Positions 13,101 to 25,730 of a stretch of DNA of 64,000 nucleotides are shown piece by piece. Within the stretch, counting starts at the first letter, position 1, and each line of letters begins with the position of its first letter. The translations under genes were made by a program, and so were the position numbers. Below the pieces are notes generated by a model. The model did no database searches and had not been told where the DNA came from. It worked only from the letters and a program-made list of their open reading frames with translations. The DNA comes from the human T2T-CHM13v2.0 reference genome, Homo sapiens. The stretch is taken from NCBI RefSeq assembly GCF_009914755.1, contig NC_060932.1. The stretch is one strand, 5' to 3'.

Positions 13101-14300
13101 GATAACAAGCTAGCCATACATAGAAGAATGAAAATGGGCCCCTACCTATCACCATATACAAAAATTAACTCAATATGGATTAAAGATTTAAATGTAAAAC
13201 CTCAAACTATAAAAATGCTAGAAGAAATCTAGCAAATATTCTCAGTATTGGCCTTGGCAAAGGATAGATGGCTAACTCCTCAAAAACAATTGCAATAAAA
13301 ACAAAAATTAGCACAGAAAAAGAAACCATAAAAAGAGTAAATAGACAAACTATAGAATGGAGAAAATGTTTGCAAAATATGCATCTGGCAAAGGTCTAAT
13401 AGCTAGAATCAATAAGGAATGTAAACAATTTAATGAATAATAATAATCCTTATAAAAAATGGGCAAGGTACATGAACAGACACTTCTCAAAAGAAGACAT
13501 ACAAGTGGCTAACAAACATATGAAAAATGCTAACATCACTAATAATTAGAGAAATACAAATCAAAACCACAATGAGATACCATTTCATATCAATCAGCAG
13601 TCAGAATGGCTGTTACTAAAAAGTCAAAAGACAACAAATGCTGGTAAAACTGTGGAGAAAAGGGAATGCGTATACACTGTTGGTGAGAGCGTTTATTAGT
13701 GCAGCCATGTGGGAAGCAGTTTGGAGATTTCTCAAAAAACTTAGAACTATCATCAACCCAGTAATTCCATTACTGGATATATACACAAAGGAAAACAAAT
13801 CACTCTCCCATAAAGATATGTATACTTGTATGTTCATCATAACACTATGCACAATAGCAAAGACTTAGAGTCAACCTAGGTGCCTATCAAGGAAGCACTG
13901 GACAAAGACAATGTGGTACATATACACAAGGGAATAAAAAAGAACAAAGTCATGTCCTTTGCAGCAACATGAATGCAGCTGTAGCCCATTATCCAAGAAA
14001 ATTAACACAGGAACAGAAAACCAAATACTGTATGTTCTCACTTATAAGTGATAGCTAAATATTGGATATGCATGGACATAAAGATGGGAACAATAAACAC
14101 TGGGGAGTACTAGAGAAGGAGGAGAGAGACAGAGAGAGAGAGGAGTGGGCAAGAGTTGAAAACCTACGGACTGGGTCCTACACTCACCACCTGGGTGAAG
14201 GGAGCATTCAGACCCTACACTTCAGTATTAAGTAATATACTTATGCAGCAAACTTGCACATGTACCCATGAATCTAAAATAAAAGTTGAAATTATAAAAA
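10155..14300 (+). mobile_element. 5'-truncated old primate LINE-1 (L1PA16/17-like); decayed ORF2 and 3' UTR
   Basis: Starts in the ORF2 endonuclease region (GGTTTCAATTCAACAAGAAGACTTAACTATCCTAAATAT); RT fragment MQGWFNICK at 11565; 3' UTR ends AATAAAAGTTGAAATTATAAAAA; many stops and frameshifts. Confidence 0.92.
12523..12812 (+). mobile_element. AluS (Sx/Sz-like) inserted in the L1
   Basis: Full dimeric Alu; TSD AAAAAGT(T)ATTCT at 12511-12522 and 12809-12821. Confidence 0.95.
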
Positions 14301-14609
14301 CAAAACACAACATTACAAGAATTAGAGCATAGTTTGATGATTCTTACCATTGAATTTTCTTTTTTTCTGAGACTGTTGTGATCATTGTAAACCTTGTCAA
14401 CAGGAATGCTTTAATTATCTTTTGAAGATAATTAGGCACATTTACTCTTCAAGACACAGGCAGAGAATTGAAAAAAATTATGTGCTATCAAAATAACAAA
14501 TTATTATTTGCTCAGTACACTGTACTATACATTGAGTGCACAAATTCTATATAAATACCTCATCATATCCTATGGTAATAGTTTCCACATTAGGGATGCA
14601 CCCCTCAAA

Positions 14610-14659
14610 TATACACAAAATGATTCATTCTATATACACAAAATGATTCATTCTATATA
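14610..14659. repeat. 23-bp tandem duplication
   Basis: TATACACAAAATGATTCATTCTA x2, perfect. Confidence 0.95.
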
Positions 14660-15871
14660 ATCCTTTAAAATTGTATTTCTGTGGATATTTCAATATTAAC
14701 ATAATATACAGTTGTATTACTATTAACATAACATACAGTTGAGTGTATATATATATATACACTCTCCTATAGTGCTAATGATGATAGAGCATATTTTCAA
14801 CTTCTTTGATTTTTTTTACTTCATGGAATGAGCTTTAAGCCTGGCAAGACGGTAACCTAATATTTGGCTCCATGCTCATCCTGGAAAGCTCTAGGCTTCC
14901 TATTTATTTAAGGAAAAGTCACAAACCCTTGTCACAAGGCCTTCAGCAAATCACTTCATCTTTTAAAATCTCAATCTCCTTATGTACACAATCGGAAAAT
15001 TTGAATAAATGGCTGGTTCGGTAAAATTATAAATGAGTAAATAATGACTGGAGGAATGAAAGGTCTTATTGGGATACTCTGGCATTCTTAGATACTCATT
15101 TCATTCTCAGATATTCTTTTTTAGTTTCTAAACTAGAAGGAAGAAATATTAATTCCATGTTTAAGATATCACAATGTAAGATTGAACTTTTCATGCCTTT
15201 TTTGAAATATGTATATACATATGTGTATACATTTTAACAGTAAATTGTAAGCACCGCCACTAAACATAGAGTAATATGTAAACATGGGAAAAAGTAAGTC
15301 ATCATAGGTCACAATGTGGTAAAATTATCTTCTTTTTACAGTATTTATGGAAGATGAGTGGCAAAGAAAAATTTAGATAATTTATTAGATGTTCAGTTTT
15401 ACAGAGAGGATAATATTTTTTAAAACACTGGAAAATTTTACTCAATGGATTTACAGTTTAATGTTGGAGAAATGTCAGAAACTAGTTATCTGCATACCTG
15501 CTGGTATTCCCCCTAAATTAAAAGATTTTGAAAAATAATTAGAAATGTAATATATGCAACCTTATCTTGTCTTATAGCAATAGCATCCAAACTAATATAT
15601 CAAGTAGATGAGTAAAGCTCTGGAACCACAGATTTTAATAGAGTAGAATAATTCTTCACAAAAACAATAAGGTCTACTAAAAATGTATGTATTATATAAG
15701 GCATGGTTTCAACTATATTTCCATAATATAATGTATGAAATCATAATGAAGTACATACTTCATAACAAGGTTATAAAACTAACTTGGGAAACATTATTCT
15801 GTTTTATGGAAAATAAAGTCATTTAGGTGAACTTCAATTTTCATTTCAAATGTCATAACTCTATATGTAAT

Positions 15872-15937
15872 TTATTAAAAATGCCATCTTCCTGTCTCTG
15901 TAAGTTATTGAAAATGCCATCTTCCTGTCTCTAGTAA
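15872..15937. repeat. 33-bp tandem duplication
   Basis: TTATT(A/G)AAAATGCCATCTTCCTGTCTCT(A)GTAA x2. Confidence 0.92.
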
Positions 15938-16144
15938 ATCTGCATACCTATAATTCATTGCCAAGTATCATCATTTGAAAAAATTATCTAAGGACCATTT
16001 TCTATTGAAAAATCTCCGCATATTTACTATATAGTATTTGCAACATGTAACTATTACTTGGTAAGAATCATCACGTTTCCACATGGCATCCATAGAACAA
16101 CTAATCTTGTTAAAATGTGTACATTGCTTTCTATTGCTCAATGC

Positions 16145-16178
16145 CATCATCATCATCATCATCATCATTATCACCATC
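16145..16178. repeat. (CAT)n trinucleotide repeat
   Basis: Eight perfect CAT units plus a degenerate tail. Confidence 0.95.
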
Positions 16179-16399
16179 TATTGGGCAAATACTATGGATG
16201 TTTCTCTGTATACCTATGTACTTGAAATATTTATATGCTGGAAGACATATCCTCTTCACCTAGATCTTTGATTGACTTTGTTCTGTCAGGTCATTCAGAA
16301 CCCTACCAGTAGACAAAAGTTTTCTAGAATACCAGAAGAGAGAACTCCGGACACTCTACAATAACATTGCTAGAATGTGATGGGCTGGAAAAATTGGTT

Positions 16400-16965
16400 A
16401 CAGGGAATGACTATTTGTTAGGCCATGGTTAGCTTGGGAGGAAATGTTGAGAAAACTTAAAACAAATTCTTCTTGATAGTGTTTTTCACGTTTTAGTCAG
16501 GCAAGGAATCATTTCATATGGAAAGCAAGTTAAGAAGTTCATTAGTAAGTACACTGTGCAGAGAAGCAAGCAGACATCACAAGTTCTGCTCAGACTTCAT
16601 AAACCGTGCACTGCCAGTTAGTATTAGGGTGCATAAAGCCCTCCAAATCCTTCCTCATTGCTGCAGTTACTGCTGGTAGAAGAGCAGAGATCTAAGGCTA
16701 TGATGAAGTATAAGAAATTGGCATCTCTTGGAAGCAAGCTCAAGTCTTTGCATTTCTAGAAAATGTTTCTTATTTTTGCCAAGTGCCTACAGGCCGGTAG
16801 AATCAATTGGATGACTTCCACAGTGTGGTCCTAACAGAACAGCTCCTAGATTTGATTTTCAGGCCCTTTTGAAAATTGTGTGAGCTATCTAATATCCTTT
16901 AATAAGTACCCTTTTCTGCTTAGATCAGTTAGTTTTATTGATTTGTAGAATAACTGTGACTGACA
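16400..16965 (+). mobile_element. Old MaLR LTR (MLT1K/L-like)
   Basis: 3' end TGTGAGCTATCTAATATCCTTTAATAAGTACCCTTTTCTGCTTAGATCAGTTAG...TGACTGACA; 5' boundary uncertain. Confidence 0.55.
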
Positions 16966-19900
16966 AGAGGCCTATGCCAACAGAGATGTGGAGAAGCTGA
17001 AAGCTTTCCTCAAGACAACTGAAACCAAGTCACCAAACGTCTTTGCTGGGACGCAGCAGAATGAGAGAATGAAGCCCTTACAAGCCCCTTATATTATTAT
17101 CACTGTGGGAAAGTGAGGTATAGAAAATGAAGTTCAAGCCCCTACTGTGGAAGAAGCAGAGAGAAGCACAGGGGCACGAGGACGCTGCTGAGATGCAGCT
17201 GCCAGCTGGTTAGGGCCCAGGCAGCACTGGGGTCCCCAGTGGTTAATCTGTCCCCTCTCCATGGCAAAGCCAGCCTCACCTATCTTGGAGCTATTATTGA
17301 CCGACAGGGACAGTCTGTAGCTCACTTCCATTTACACTGGATGTGCTAGATGCTGTGGTCACATGGTGCCAACAGTGTAGGAAGATAGTTCTGTCCATGT
17401 CATCACCTCCAATATCTGCATCACACTTCCTGAGGGGAGGAATGAGAGCCATGCTCAGGCTATGAACCTAAGCTGCAGAGAATGGGAAGGCATTCAAAAG
17501 GGAAACTGCATTTAGCAGGATTAAAACCATCCCTTGACAACTGTTGAATTTGTGGGACACATGGTTCTAAATAGAAAGGTCATCACAGATAAAAAAAATA
17601 GTTCTACCCTTTATTGCAATGCTCTCTTAAAACTGTAAAGACATAGAGGGATAAAGAGCAGTTGAAAGCAATCCAGAGTTCAGTTATTCACCATAAACAG
17701 ATGCCATGACTCACTGGCCTGCATAGGACCCTATCCACAGGAGAGTTCCTGGGATGGCCCAGGTCCTGAAAGAGACTAGAAACCTCTGGCTGCTGTATTC
17801 ACTTGGGGTGAGGTGGAGCCAGGCAAGGAGTGGTCATTCTCAATGCAGGAGATTGACTAGTCAGTGCTGTGATGCAGAAATTTGCTGAGTCCAACGTTGC
17901 TTTCACTGTGTAAACTGGTGCCAGTTTAGAACTGCAGGTATTATGTAGTTAGTTTTTCTGACCATAGAGTTCTTTTTTTTTAAAGTTATATTCATAAAAT
18001 GAGGTATTAGTGCTGAAGCAAGCTAGCAGGGACAGTATTCAGTTCGTATTTTGAGTACATTTTCAAATGAAGAGTAAAGCCCGCAGCTTATTAAGCAAGG
18101 ATTTCATTCTCCATGTGCACCAGACTGGACCCTGAGAGGCACAGACTTGGTGTTGCGCCCTCATCTCAGAAAACTGACACCAAGTCTAGCAGAGAGCATG
18201 GCCATCTGGGACAGAAAGGAGGATGGGTTCCAAATGTGGTTGAACCTGTGACAGAGTTAACAGCCAGGAGCTTCCCCAGGAGAGAGTGCCCCTGTGGATC
18301 TCCTCTAATCTGGGCTCATCTCTCCCACCTGGAAAGGCGGGTGGTGTGAGGATCCACAGGGAAACTCTAACCTGGGAAGAGTGGAGGCAGGAAGAGGAAG
18401 GACGCATTGATAGATACACCAGCCCCTGCCCAAGAAGTAAGAGGAGTAATTGTCACACATGAGTTATAGAAACAGTTGATTTTGCCACATTATTATTTCA
18501 TTTTGTGCATGAAGGGAAAACACACACTACAGCTAATTCATGATTACAAATCTGTTCCCCCTCTGGCTCTAATCTTACACTTAAAACAGTACTTCTTCCT
18601 CAATTATTTATATATTATTTAACTAACCTCACCACTTTTAGAGAATCTTTATAATGTTCATTCATGGTCATGTAGTATTCATGTATATTTTGTTATCAAG
18701 GTTATGAATAATAAATAATAATATAAAAGAATGAAATGAAATCATGTCTGTTACCCTTTACCTTTGGTGAGCAAGTCAACACAGAGTTATCTGTGATTCA
18801 AAAACACCAGGTGGAATGGACATTTTGTATGAATTGGTTTGCCATTTGACAATGGTATTGACAGTCTTCACTGTACCACTCTCTGGAGAATGGATAGCTG
18901 TATAAATCATGATTTGGGGCATAGGTTTCATAATACCCCAACAATTATTAGATTTTAAAACATGTAGGATTTGAATAATTGGAAAATAAAAAGGAAATCT
19001 TGTCTACTGACCGGGACCTGTAGAAGAACCATCTCTCATATTTTAGTGTCTCAAAATTCTCAGCAGTTAATTTTTGCTGAGGAAAATTCTGAATCACATC
19101 ACTCTTTATCTTTGCTTCTTCTCATTGACTACTACAAGACCAAAATATTGGTCAATTGTAGTATTTTCAGAAATACCTGGCTTTTTTGGGGTATTATTTT
19201 TATCCCTGTGTCCTAATTTTGTCTACCTTTGTTTTCCCTTTAAGGTCATGTCTTTAAATTTTTTCAGTGTTATATAACATGAATTTTAAAATTCTCCCAA
19301 TTTTTTGGAAGAAATTGAGGGAATAAGTTGAGAATGAACAAAAAAACCAAAAGAATAAAAAAATTCAGTTTAAAAAGCAAATCTAATTTATTTCAAAGGA
19401 TTTTCTTTCTTGTGCTTTTAAACCATTATGGTTTGCCAATTGCTTATTCAAAATAGCTCTGAGCATCCCTGAGATCCTGAATGCATCTCAGAGCAATATA
19501 GCCTCCCAGACTTAGTTCTGCAGCCTCACACTGGTCCACTGTGGTGTCTTCATTTTTGGAAGCATTCAGTGAAATTGCTCCTGTAGTTCTTGACTTAGCT
19601 ACTCTTCAGTTTGATGACTTGGCTACCTTTCAGTTCAGTTCTCTGGTCTTGGCTATAGAGCTTTTCTGATTCACTACAGTAGGTCTAAACACCACCTCTG
19701 CCTTTTATGTGGCCCCTTCAATGAAAATAAGATTTGCAGAGAGCCAAGCACAGCACAGTTATCATACTGCAAGGTAAAGCAGACTCAAAGAACTATTTCA
19801 CACCAGTGTCTTGTTTTCATTCTTTCTTTCCATAAAGCTGTTCTATAAAGCTATTCCCTTTCCCTTAGGCACTGTGTGGATACCTCATATAGCAAAAGAA

Positions 19901-22294
19901 TGATTCTGTTTTTTAAATAAATACATATTTATTTAAAGCTCTCATAGTTTAATTTGTGAGATTATTAAATAAACTTAAGTGATACAATTAGTATCAGCAA
20001 CTTTTATACATATTTATATTATCCCTTGCTGAATATTAACATATCTACTTTGATAACATCATAACAAACATATTATAGGAGATTTCCACAAACCAGAATG
20101 TTCATTGATAATCCTCTAGAGGAGTAGTCAGTTTTATTTTGAAGTAATTGTTGGCAAGCTGTCAACTTAGAAGATGTGTACCAATAGAGAATCCTCACTC
20201 CACAAGGGGCAGAACTATTTTTTAAGATAAGAAGTTGGGGGGATAAAACAATATTTCCAAGTACTTTTCTTTTTTTTTTTTGTGAGACAGATATCATGTC
20301 AGGACGAACACTTTAGTCCATAAACCAAATATCTAAGGTCCCTGTAGTTTCCGCTGCCCATGCCCAGACTTCAAATTTTCCTCTGGGAATAAGGTACAAA
20401 ATGTAAGATTTGTATGACAATAAGATATTAGGAACAAGAAACAAGAAGCAAGAAAACACGATTTGCTATAATAGCTATTTACTGTCCAGGCCAGACTCCT
20501 GTAGGACCACTCCTAGGCCAGAAAAGCAAGAGGATTTGATCAAGCAGGCTGATTCAAGCCAGATAAGTAATGCGCTTTTTGAACAGGTGTTTGGAGAGCT
20601 AACAAATCTGTGCACCGCCAGGAAAGGCCTTTACAGTGCAGAAATAAAGAGAACTTCAGATTTGTCCCAAATTACAGGGCTTCTAGGTGTCCTTGTTTGA
20701 ATTTCAGACTGATATGCACTTTCTAGCCTCAATCAAATAACAGCCTCTTAAGTGAGGGACCTGCTTCTCCTCCAATGAACAAGAGATTCTTGGAGACAGC
20801 ATGGAACCTCAAAAGCACTGCTATTTATGTAGCTAACGTTGAGGGAAACTCACAGTCTCTGAGGATGACCTGGAGACTGGCATGAGGTGTCTGTGAGTCT
20901 CAATGACCTATGATGATTGTCTCAAATGAGATTCCCATTCAGTTCTTTATATACTGAACCAAATTTTAAGGCCAGATGAAGAAATTGGTGGGAGTAGATG
21001 CTATTTATGTCCTGAAGAATATTCTGGAACGACACCCTCTTGGGTGGAGAAGGAGCTACCCACAGGGAAGGGCATGGAAGATGTTTGGAGACAGTCATCA
21101 TTTTATAAGTACTTGCTACAGTCTTTCTAAGATTAGTGGGGACGAATGAAGTATGTAAAGGTAGATTGTAAGGATCTGAAGGAATATTATAAGGTTATTT
21201 CTTGTAAAACACAAAAATGGATAGTTAAATAGAAAAGCAACCAAAAGACAGAGGAATTCAGGAGATCACCTGCATTCTTAACCTAAGGCTTTCACCCTAA
21301 AATAGGAAAGGAGAAGGAGTTACCAGAAGATGGCAAGCAGTTTGGGGTGACTCATCATGGTAGATATTCCACCCAATATGTGGCACCAACTGCCACGTGG
21401 AATGCATATGGAATATTTCCATGGGAACCTGAAATGAAAGTTGATTAGTGGATAATGCCACAGAGAGGTGTAGGAAGGATGAGGAAAGCCCTGCCCTGTG
21501 GACAAGCTGCATAGAGAGAACTTCAGTTATGTCTCCTTTTACCCATTGGACAAGGGAAAAACTGCAGGAGAATCCTCAGAAGAGTCCTCAAAAATAGAGA
21601 AAAAAAAAATCATGATGGTTCAACTCCAGAAAGTCATTCTGCTCAGTAAGCATAGAATCCCTGGCACTGTCCTTCCCCAGCACAAAACCCTGCAGCACAA
21701 ATGCCAGCATGCCAAATTGTTTGAGGCATTGAAAAATTTTGTTTTTGCTGTGTTCTGCTCTATAAAATAGTACGGCAAGGGTATAACTAGAAAATCTGTA
21801 ATGAAAGATTCTGGAAGTTCTCCAAATGGTGATTATCTGGTGGTGTAGAAAAGGCCTAGGAGAGAGAGATCGTGAAGACTTTCAATCCAAATAGCACAAT
21901 AAGCTCTTGCTTCAAGGGGGAAGAAAAAAACAACAAAAAACAAGATTTACAAACAGCCCCATTCAGCAGAAGTTAAATCAAAATGCCAAATACTGAATGC
22001 AGATGAAGCTGAAAGATGCTGGGCTAGGGAGCTGGATGTGGGTAGTGAGGGAATCCAGGAAAGAAAAAGGCACTCCATACAAAAAGCTGGATGGAATCCA
22101 TCCATGTATATTGAAGCCAGTTATTTGCAGAGCTTCCCAGCTCCTGAGCTGAGAACATAACCGCAGCCAGAGACTAACACCTACTATGAGCTCAGAAGGC
22201 TGGATGCCCAAGACTCATCCCTGCCTACAGGGGCTGAACCAAGTGCAGTGATTGGATGGCTACTTTCTTGAAGCTTCAAGCCACACTGAAGTGA

Positions 22295-22905
22295 TTAAGA
22301 TGAGCTTTTGGAAAAGAAAGTCTGTGTTAAAATCCTGACTCCAGAACTTACCATCTTTTGACATTTGGGAGATTACTTATACTTTTCTCTTTTCTTTTCT
22401 TTTCTTTTCTTTTCTTTTTTCTTTTCTTTTCTCTTTTCCTTCTCTTCTCTTTCTTTTTTGCTTTTCTCTTCTTTTTTTCTCTTCTTTTCTTTTCTTTTGA
22501 GACAGGGTCTCACTCTGTGACCCAGACTGGAGTACAGTGGTATAATCATAGGTCACTGTAACTCTGGGGCCCAGTGATCCTCCTCCTGCCTCAGCCTCCC
22601 AAGTAGCTGGGACTACAGATGCATGCCATCATGCCCATTTCATTTTTAAATTTTTTTTGTACAGGTGGGGTCTCACTATGTTGCCTAGGCTGGTTTCAAA
22701 CTCCTGGCCTTAAGCAATCCTTCTGCCTTGGCCTTCCAAAGTGCTGGGATTAAAGTGCACTTTTCGTTTCTTATCTGTAAAATGGAAATAAAATTCCTGC
22801 CTATCTCAGAGAGTTACATGTAAGACTGGAATGTGTTAATACAGATAAATCACTTACAAGGTAACCTGGCCCTCTGAAGCACTCAATTACTGTTAGTTAT
22901 TGTTT
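22295..22905 (+). mobile_element. MIR interrupted by an Alu
   Basis: Left part GTTAAAATCCTGACTCCAGAACTTACCATCTTTTGACATTTGGGAGATTACTTA; right part GTTTCTTATCTGTAAAATGGAAATAA...AAGCACTCAATTACTGTTAGTTATT. Confidence 0.75.
22388..22755 (-). mobile_element. AluJ with an expanded (CTTT)-type tail
   Basis: Diverged dimeric Alu (GAGACAGGGTCTCACTCTG...CCAAAGTGCTGGGATTA); ~110-bp pyrimidine-rich tail at 22383-22498; about 20 nt of the 5' end missing. Confidence 0.92.
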
Positions 22906-23059
22906 TTATTTCCATGGAAACCCAGCATATCATTCTAAGAATTGATTCTAGACTAGGAACAGTGAAACAGGAAGCTGCTAAAGAGGTATGCATAAACACA
23001 GAGGGTAATTGAGCAAAAGAAAAAATGTCCACCCAATTGCCAGCAGTCTGAAAACACTG

Positions 23060-23950
23060 GCCTCAGAACACAGGCATATAAAAATTACTACCAAAACAAG
23101 TAGTTGACAAAATCAGCATCAGGTACATGACAACATTCCAGATGAAACAATTTAATAGAATAGTTTGAGAAAGACTTATAAAATAAGCATATCTAAGACA
23201 TCAAAAAGATTAATTCAAGAATAATATCAAGAAAACCTCAAGAGATTGTGACCCTAAAAAAGGCAGAAATAAAACAACCAAAAATGTCTTCATAAGAAAT
23301 AATTAGAAATCTTTGAACTAAAAAAACATAGTTCTGAGAACTAAAAAAAATTACTACATAAGCCAAATATCTGTACTTGTCATAGTTAAGGTAATAAATT
23401 GAAATACTGCAACAGATACATGAGACATTCCCAGAATGCAACAAAGAAATGCAAACATAAACACATTACAGGGCAGTTCAAGACATAGAAGGTAAGTTGA
23501 GACACTTCAGTTTGTATCTATTTAGAGTTCCATGTTAAAAAAAATGAGAGAGACATAGCTGAGATTTTCCTGGAAATAAAGATGTCTTTCAACAAAGAAC
23601 AACTAACCGAACGACTTCTGATTTCCAAGAAATATAGGTAAGTAATAATTCAAATTTAGCAACACTGTAGTGAAAATGCAGAATATAGAAAATGAAGAGA
23701 AAAATTAAAAGCTAGCAGAGGGAACATTTAGAGTATAAAAGGCTGAAAGCAGGTTACTCACCAGTTATGCAGATGCCAGAAGACAAAGGATTATCTATCT
23801 TCCAAGGGTGCCCAGAGAAACAATAAATCTGGACATTTATCACAAACAAACCACAGCACAAGACTAAGGGGAAAATAGCGATAGTTATAAACAAACAATG
23901 GCAGAGATATTTCACCACCCTCAAGCACTAAATAATTCAGTAGTATACCC
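23060..23950 (+). mobile_element. Ancient L1ME/HAL1 ORF1-like fragment
   Basis: A-rich strand with ORF1-like motifs (CCCAGAATGCAACAAAGAAA, GTATCTATTTAGAGTTCCA, CAGATGCCAGAAGACAA); highly diverged. Confidence 0.55.
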
Positions 23951-24091
23951 AAGCAAGAAAGAAGGTAATCCATAGGAAAGCTATGAGAGAAAAGAAACCC
24001 TGAAAAACTCAATACTGATAAAATGTCAATGCACATTTACCACAGACTCTGAAAAAGTTACACTAATTAATATTAAAAAAATTAAGTCCAA

Positions 24092-24390
24092 GGCCCGGTG
24101 CTGTGGCTCATGCTTGTAATCCCAGCATTTGGGAGACCGAGGCGGGCGGATCACGAGGTCAGGAGATCGAGACCATCGTGGCTAACACGCTGAAACCCCA
24201 TCTCTACTAAAAATACAAAAAAAATTAGCCGGGCATAGTGGCAAGGCGCCTGTAGTCCCAGCTACTCAGGAGGCTGAGGCAGGAGAATGGCGTGAACCTG
24301 GGAGGCGGGGCTTGCAGTGAGCCGAGATTGCGCCACTGCACTCCAGCCTGGGCGACAGAGCCAGCCTCCGACAAAAAAAAAAAAAAAAAA
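24092..24390 (+). mobile_element. AluY
   Basis: Diagnostic GGATCACGAGGTCAGGAGATCGAGACCATC and GAATGGCGTGAACC; CpG-rich; TSD AAAAAAATTAAGTCCA on both sides. Confidence 0.96.
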
Positions 24391-24476
24391 TTAAGTCCAG
24401 ATAAAGTTGCCAGAAATATTAAGATGGAGGGAGTTAGTACTTGATGAATACCTTAAGTAGGTTGTTAAATCACTCT

Positions 24477-24775
24477 ATTTTTATTTATTTTATTATTTTT
24501 TAATTTAATTTAATTTAATTTTTAATTTGTATGCATTTAGGGGGTACAAGCGCAGGTTTGTTACATGGATATATTGCATAGCGCTGAAGTCTAGGCATCT
24601 AGTGTAACCATCACTCATATTGTGTACATTGTACTCATTGCATAATTTCTCTTTCCTCACCCTCTTCTACCATCCCACCTTCTGAGTCCCCTGTGTCTAT
24701 TAATCCACACTCTGTGTCCATGTGTACACATTATTTAGCTCCCACTTATGAGTGAGAACACACAGTATTTGACTT
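24477..24775 (-). mobile_element. L1PB4-like 3' end
   Basis: T-rich tail, then GGGGTACAAGCGCAGGTTTGTTACATGGATATATTGCATAG...TTTAGCTCCCACTTATGAGTGAGAAC. Confidence 0.85.
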
Positions 24776-24968
24776 AAGTACTATATGTTCTGCAGAAACA
24801 TAGAATACTTCATACCTGCAACTCGTTTGGAAAAAACATATAAGGTATATGTAAAATTCAGATGTAACTATTAGAGGACAGAAATATATCCCATAGCTTA
24901 GTAGCATTGTGCCACAAAGATCTAGGCATAGCATTAACCTCTAGTGTCTGAATAATGCTTCTTTCATG

Positions 24969-25590
24969 TGCAATATGAAAATAAATCCCAGGACCTTCAA
25001 ATCACTAAACCAAGGGAAAGGTCAAGCTGAGAATTATGTCAGGCAAACCTGCCTCCCGTTTATTCCTAAATAAGATAGCTATGAAGATAAAAAAGCTATA
25101 TATCTCCCTAACAATTTTCCCACAGGAAAATTCCTTGTGGACAAAGGAGAGAAAGAACTCAAAGTCATCGCTCTACTCGTAGGAGACAAACACATATCTG
25201 ATGGCTTCCCCTGCCCTATTGTTTCACTAAGCCACACTAAGGCATAAGTGATGATTCCTCTACCCTTCTCTCACATGTAAATTGTGTATTCAGTGAAAGG
25301 CTCATCACAAACTCAGAAGAATGCAACTGCTTGTCTCCTATCTACCTATAACCTGAAAGCCCCCTCTCCAGCCTCGAGTTGTCCTGCCTTTCAGAATTGA
25401 ACCAATGGACATCTTACACATTTTAACTGATGCCTGTCTGCCTGAAATGCATAACACCAAACTGCGCCCTGAAAACCTTGGGCACATGTCGTCAGGACTT
25501 CCTGAGGCTGTGTCATCGGCCTGTCCTTAACCATGGCAAAACAAACTTTCTGAATAGATTGAGAATTGTATCACATGTTTTGGGTTCACA
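24969..25590 (+). mobile_element. Solo MER4A-type ERV1 LTR
   Basis: TG...CA termini with 4-bp TSD CATG (24965-24968, 25591-25594); MER4 motifs ATTCCTAAATAAGATAGCT and CTTGGGCACATGTCGTCAGGACTTCCTGAGGCTGTGTCA. Confidence 0.9.
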
Positions 25591-25594
25591 CATG

Positions 25595-25730
25595 TGCTAG
25601 TTTGATGAAAAAGGGGAAGTTTCTGGAGCTTTCTGTGCCTCAGTTACCTCATCTTTAAAATGAGGATTATATTAGTACTCTCCTCATATAGTTAATATGA
25701 GGATGAATTAATGCCTGTGAAGCTTTCCTT
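25595..25730 (+). mobile_element. MIR core fragment
   Basis: TCTGTGCCTCAGTTACCTCATCTTTAAAATGAGGATTATATTAGTAC. Confidence 0.85.

Noticed and set aside
25681-25703. Hairpin TCCTCATAT-AGTTA-ATATGAGGA
   Set aside because: Corresponds to the internal inverted repeat of the MIR core; too short for a pre-miRNA
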